DNA from: Trichodesmium erythraeum IMS101
Lineage (GTDB): Bacteria > Cyanobacteriota > Cyanobacteriia > Cyanobacteriales > Microcoleaceae
NCBI RefSeq assembly: GCF_000014265.1
Contig: NC_008312.1
Location: forward strand, 420,001-452,000
DNA: 32,000 nucleotides
Direction of reading: 5' to 3'
Within the stretch, counting starts at the first letter, position 1, and the number at the start of each line of letters is the position of its first letter. Below are positions 28,332 to 32,000 of this stretch, piece after piece. Made by a program: the position numbers and the translations under genes. Below the pieces are notes generated by a model. That model saw nothing but the letters and a program-made list of their open reading frames with translations, did no database searches and was not told the origin of the DNA.

Positions 28332-29413
28332 AATTTTACCTATCCCCTAATTTTTGATAACTACCTATAATGATATAGCATTCAGTTATTAGCTCCAGTC
28401 AAAACCATTAGTTCTCAACAATTTCAATTTTATTGATGTCCTATTGTGGTCATGTAAAAGGTATGCTCATAAGGCCGAAAACTTATAGCTGACTTCGGAC
28501 ATCAGGAGGTATAAGGCGTTAGCACGGTTATCTTACTTAACTTTTATGTCTAATAACAGGGGAAAGTTTTGTATGATATCAAATTTGATAGTATTGGTAT
28601 AATTAGATAGTTAATTAGGAGTCAGTACTCAAAACTTAAGAGGGAAGAGAACTTAGTAAGATTTAAACTTTTGCTGCTCCCAGAAATTTTTTTGATGCTA
28701 AATTAACCTGATTTGATATAATACCTCGGGTTTGTTGCATATCTATAGACGGAGTGTGAAATACAAGTTTAATAGTGAGGAATGGGGTGGGATAAAACCT
28801 TTTAATATCTGTAGATAAGTAATACCAAGTCTAAAAAAAATAATATTACAAATAAATTGAGAGAATTTAATCAGATTTTCCTTTGATTAAAAAGTGGTAT
28901 TGAAAGTATTTTTTTAACTTCTGAATACTTTCTCCTGACTCAATGGTGATAGTCTCAATTTCATTGAGCAAAATTGAGCTGAAGTAGTATAATTGCTTAT
29001 AATTGCCAACGCCTAAATACTCTTAATTTGACATTTTTCAAGAGCAAAAATTCCTATCATTGCTCAGTTGATGTAAGGGCAATACCCAGGTATTGCTAAA
29101 AAAATGGCTCAAACCTAAATATATCAGGAACATAGCTTATTAAAATGTAACCTATACTATATAAGGGTTTGATGCTATTTTGAACTTATGTTTTACCACA
29201 TTGCTGCTACTTGAGAAGCTAATTTAGCTTAAAAAAGATACCTGTAGAGGTTCTATAGTAGTCGAAGCACTGAGGCCTGCAAATTACTCAATGCTATTTG
29301 TGCAGTATTTGCGCACCAAAAACTAAGTCATATATGACTTCTGAGTTTGCCCTTTCTAACTTCTGAGTTACGGGTAGCGCCATACCCGTCCCTACATTAA
29401 GATCCCAAGAAAA

Positions 29414-30586
29414 CTAGCCTGAGCTCTGAGATCGGATAAACCGCTCTAACCTGTCCATCCCTTTTTCTATAGTTTCTAAGTCAGTAGCATAAGATATCCG
29501 AATATGGTCATCTGCGCCAAAAGCAATACCAGGAATAACAGCCACATTCTGATCCTCTAATAGAGCATTACAAAATTCCAGAGAACTACTACTAATCTTG
29601 CTAATATTTACAAACATATAAAAAGCGCCCTCCGGTTGATTACAAGAAATACCAGGCAGAGTTTTCAGTAAATCATAAATTATCTTGCGGCGTTTAGCAA
29701 AAGCTTGACGCATCTGTTCAACACAGTCTTGAGATGACTCCAATGCAGCGATCGCTCCATACTGAGCAAAAGTACAAACATTCGATGTACTATGCCCCTG
29801 AATTTTTACTGTGGCGTTAATTAATTCTACAGGTGCTGCTAAATATCCTATTCGCCAACCAGTCATGGAATAAGCTTTAGCAAAACCATTACTAATAATA
29901 GTATTTTTAAAGATTTCTGAATTTACTGCACCAATACTCAGATGTTCGGCATCATCATAAATAATTTTTTCATAAATCTCGTCAGAAACTACCAAAATAT
30001 CCTTCTCTACTAATACTTCTGCTAATGCTTTAATTTCTGCTGGTTGATAAACCATCCCAGTTGGATTAGATGGCGAATTAAGCACAAATAATTTGGTTTT
30101 ATCAGTAATACTTTGTCGCAGTTGCTCTGGTGTCACCTTATAACCAGTTTCAGGATCGGTAGTCAAAATTATTGGTTCCCCACCTGCGAGTTTAACCATT
30201 TCTGGATAACTTAACCAATAGGGAGCCGGAATAATTACCTCATCTCCTGGTTCAATTAATGCTAACATCAGGTTAAATAAAGAATGTTTTCCCCCGTTAG
30301 TAACAATAATATTTTCAGCTTTGTAGTTTAGGCCATTTTCTTGAGACAGCTTATGGGCGATCGCTTCTCTAAGTTTTGGTTCTCCGGCTGCTGGGCCATA
30401 TTTTGTATAACCAGAGTCGAGCGCTTTTTGAGCAGCTACTTTTATGTGTTCTGGAGTATCAAAATCAGGTTCTCCGGCACTAAAACTACAAACATCTTTT
30501 CCATCAGCTTTCATTGCTCTTGCTTTAGCTGAGATAGCTAAAGTTAGAGACAGTGGTACTTTGCCAACTCTTGCTGCTAGTTTCAT
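29414..30586 (-). CDS. PLP-dependent class I aminotransferase (aspartate aminotransferase-like)
   Basis: This 390-aa protein has the PLP-Lys context [15 protein letters not shown], plus NSPSNPTG and GEPDFDTP motifs typical of AspC-type enzymes. Confidence 0.9.
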   Translation of the reverse strand: MKLAARVGKVPLSLTLAISAKARAMKADGKDVCSFSAGEPDFDTPEHIKVAAQKALDSGYTKYGPAAGEPKLREAIAHKLSQENGLNYKAENIIVTNGGKHSLFNLMLALIEPGDEVIIPAPYWLSYPEMVKLAGGEPIILTTDPETGYKVTPEQLRQSITDKTKLFVLNSPSNPTGMVYQPAEIKALAEVLVEKDILVVSDEIYEKIIYDDAEHLSIGAVNSEIFKNTIISNGFAKAYSMTGWRIGYLAAPVELINATVKIQGHSTSNVCTFAQYGAIAALESSQDCVEQMRQAFAKRRKIIYDLLKTLPGISCNQPEGAFYMFVNISKISSSSLEFCNALLEDQNVAVIPGIAFGADDHIRISYATDLETIEKGMDRLERFIRSQSSG

Positions 30587-30871
30587 TTTTTATCTTTTTG
30601 AGTTATTTAATCTTCCATTTTATGTTGAACAATAATTGGGTTCAACCTAGACTATTAGGAAATATTGACATTCAAAGTAATAATTTTAGCACTAGGCATT
30701 CAGGGCACGGGCAACCTTAGAGTACTTGTCCCTAATATATTCAGTATATGCTTAGTCCCCTATTTTGCCCAGACAACAATGACTATTCATTGCCCTTCAT
30801 ATCATGCCCCAGCCTATGGTACAAATACTATTTGCAGATCATTTATGCACCTCAAACTTAGTTAAATATAA

Positions 30872-30906
30872 CTTTTGACTTTTATTATTTGACTTTTGAC
30901 TTAGTT
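30872..30906. repeat. Degenerate heptamer-phased repeat (CTTTTGA-type)
   Basis: The units read CTTTTGA CTTTTAT TATTTGA CTTTTGA CTTAGTT in a constant 7-nt phase. Confidence 0.5.
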
Positions 30907-31429
30907 GTAGTATTGATTATTAGCTATTATAATAATTAAAGAATTTACGGAAAGACATTATATGTATATAGTGTTTACTACTCTGAAATATTGATCTATT
31001 TGGCAATCGGATAAAAAACAAAATATAAAAAACTTAAAATTTTAATTCAAGTTACTTGAGATTATTTGGTATGCTAATAGTTTAAAATAAATTATTTGTT
31101 TGTAAATACCTTAAAGATGAATTTTGATTATATAAAATATTGTCAGTATTTAATAATGTAGTCATAAAAATTACACCCTGACAAATCTTACTGACTATCA
31201 TCAAAAAAGTTAGCTACTATCAAATTAACAGTTATTTGAAAAAAATGGTAAATCTATAGGTGGAAATTTTTGATAAACTGAAACATCAATTATGGCAAAA
31301 TATAAACGTATCTGAGTTCAAATATCTGACTATTAAAATGACAGTTATTGAAGTTTTATAGATTTGTAAAAATCAGTAATAACGGGCGATCGCTATAAAA
31401 ATTTAAGCGATCACCTAAATTGGTGGGCA

Positions 31430-32000
31430 CTATATGTAGTGTATTTGTGTAAGTCCTGAATTATTCAACTTCTCTGGTATTACAAACTGAATTACACCCC
31501 ACTGACCATTAGTTAACCACAGAGGGTCTTGTTCATTTAATATTTCGATTTGATCTGGTTCTAAACTGGTTGCTACTTCTGACTTGAGGGTACGCAAAGC
31601 GACAAATGGTGCGGGAAAATAATTAGCAATATCTGACAAAGGTGTAGTAAATAGCCAATGGCGATCGCCCAAAATACGCCGATAGTTAGCATCTCCCTTA
31701 ATTACAACTAAACTAGCCTTAGCTAACTCTTCCCTTAAAGACTCTGGCATTTCCCAAAAAGCTAGAGGAGCATTCCAGAAAAGGTTATCTTGACAAATTA
31801 AACAACCAGTAGCAATGTACTCCTGCAAACGAGCTGCCAAAATTCGGACATTTTCTGAGGTATCATTAGCTAACCTTTCTAGAGTGTAAAAGACATCCTG
31901 ATGTATAGCATCAGAAACAAAAGTTGGATATGCTTTCAAGTGTAGATAAACAGTATGAGCAGTTTGAGTAGATAAAAGGAAGTCTATCAAAAAAAAATCG
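31430..32000 (-). CDS. DUF89 / ARMT1-like damage-control phosphatase family protein, C-terminal part (gene continues right of the window)
   Basis: The frame is open to nt 32000. VVIKGDANYRRILGDRHW matches the conserved KGDxNYRR motif of DUF89. The TTG at 31990 in the ORF track is probably internal. Confidence 0.75.
   Translation of the reverse strand, partial: DFFLIDFLLSTQTAHTVYLHLKAYPTFVSDAIHQDVFYTLERLANDTSENVRILAARLQEYIATGCLICQDNLFWNAPLAFWEMPESLREELAKASLVVIKGDANYRRILGDRHWLFTTPLSDIANYFPAPFVALRTLKSEVATSLEPDQIEILNEQDPLWLTNGQWGVIQFVIPEKLNNSGLTQIHYI

Noticed and set aside
30341-30865. Plus-strand ORFs 30341..30532 and 30444..30635 (antisense to the aminotransferase) and 30665..30865
   Set aside because: The first two lie inside or overlap a confidently called gene. 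The third has no ribosome-binding site and no recognisable product.
1-32000. tRNA, rRNA, tmRNA, RNase P or SRP RNA genes, and group I/II introns or retrons
   Set aside because: Reading both strands, I saw no T-loop (GGTTCGAAT-type) contexts, rRNA signatures or reverse-transcriptase ORFs. This was a by-eye scan, so small ncRNAs could have been missed.

Overview
The window looks like a chromosomal segment of a cyanobacterium, probably a filamentous heterocyst-forming (Nostocales-type) strain. Three observations support this. The HIP1 octamer GCGATCGC occurs at least 10 times outside a tandem array, and that array adds one copy per unit. STRR-like heptamer repeats are present. The gene content also fits: a CuA-less ARTO/cox3-type terminal oxidase operon and a transaldolase fused to an EF-hand pair.

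Most genes are ordinary metabolism or respiration: ctaC-ctaD-ctaE preceded by two small membrane proteins, tal, thiO, a citramalate-synthase-type LeuA homologue, an aspartate-type aminotransferase, a GMC oxidoreductase, an alpha/beta hydrolase and a DUF89 fragment.

Accessory-looking parts:
- A 5'-truncated pentapeptide-repeat gene whose repeats are nearly identical at the DNA level.
- A 9 x 119-bp non-coding tandem array.
- A visibly AT-rich pair of genes, an MFS transporter plus a eukaryote-like PAPS sulfotransferase.
- An orphan SAM methyltransferase.
- An IS630-family element whose transposase carries one in-frame TAA.
- A secreted S1 protease-TPR fusion convergent with a membrane-anchored coiled-coil protein.
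- A DUF1624-type membrane protein gene interrupted by one in-frame TAG.
- Several 1.0-1.4 kb ORF-free AT-rich spacers.

I recognised no rRNA, tRNA or CRISPR array, and no clear defence or biosynthetic system. The most unusual items are the tandem array, the oxidase operon with its two uncharacterised membrane partners, and the sulfotransferase islet. All calls come from reading the sequence and from remembered family motifs; no database search was run.
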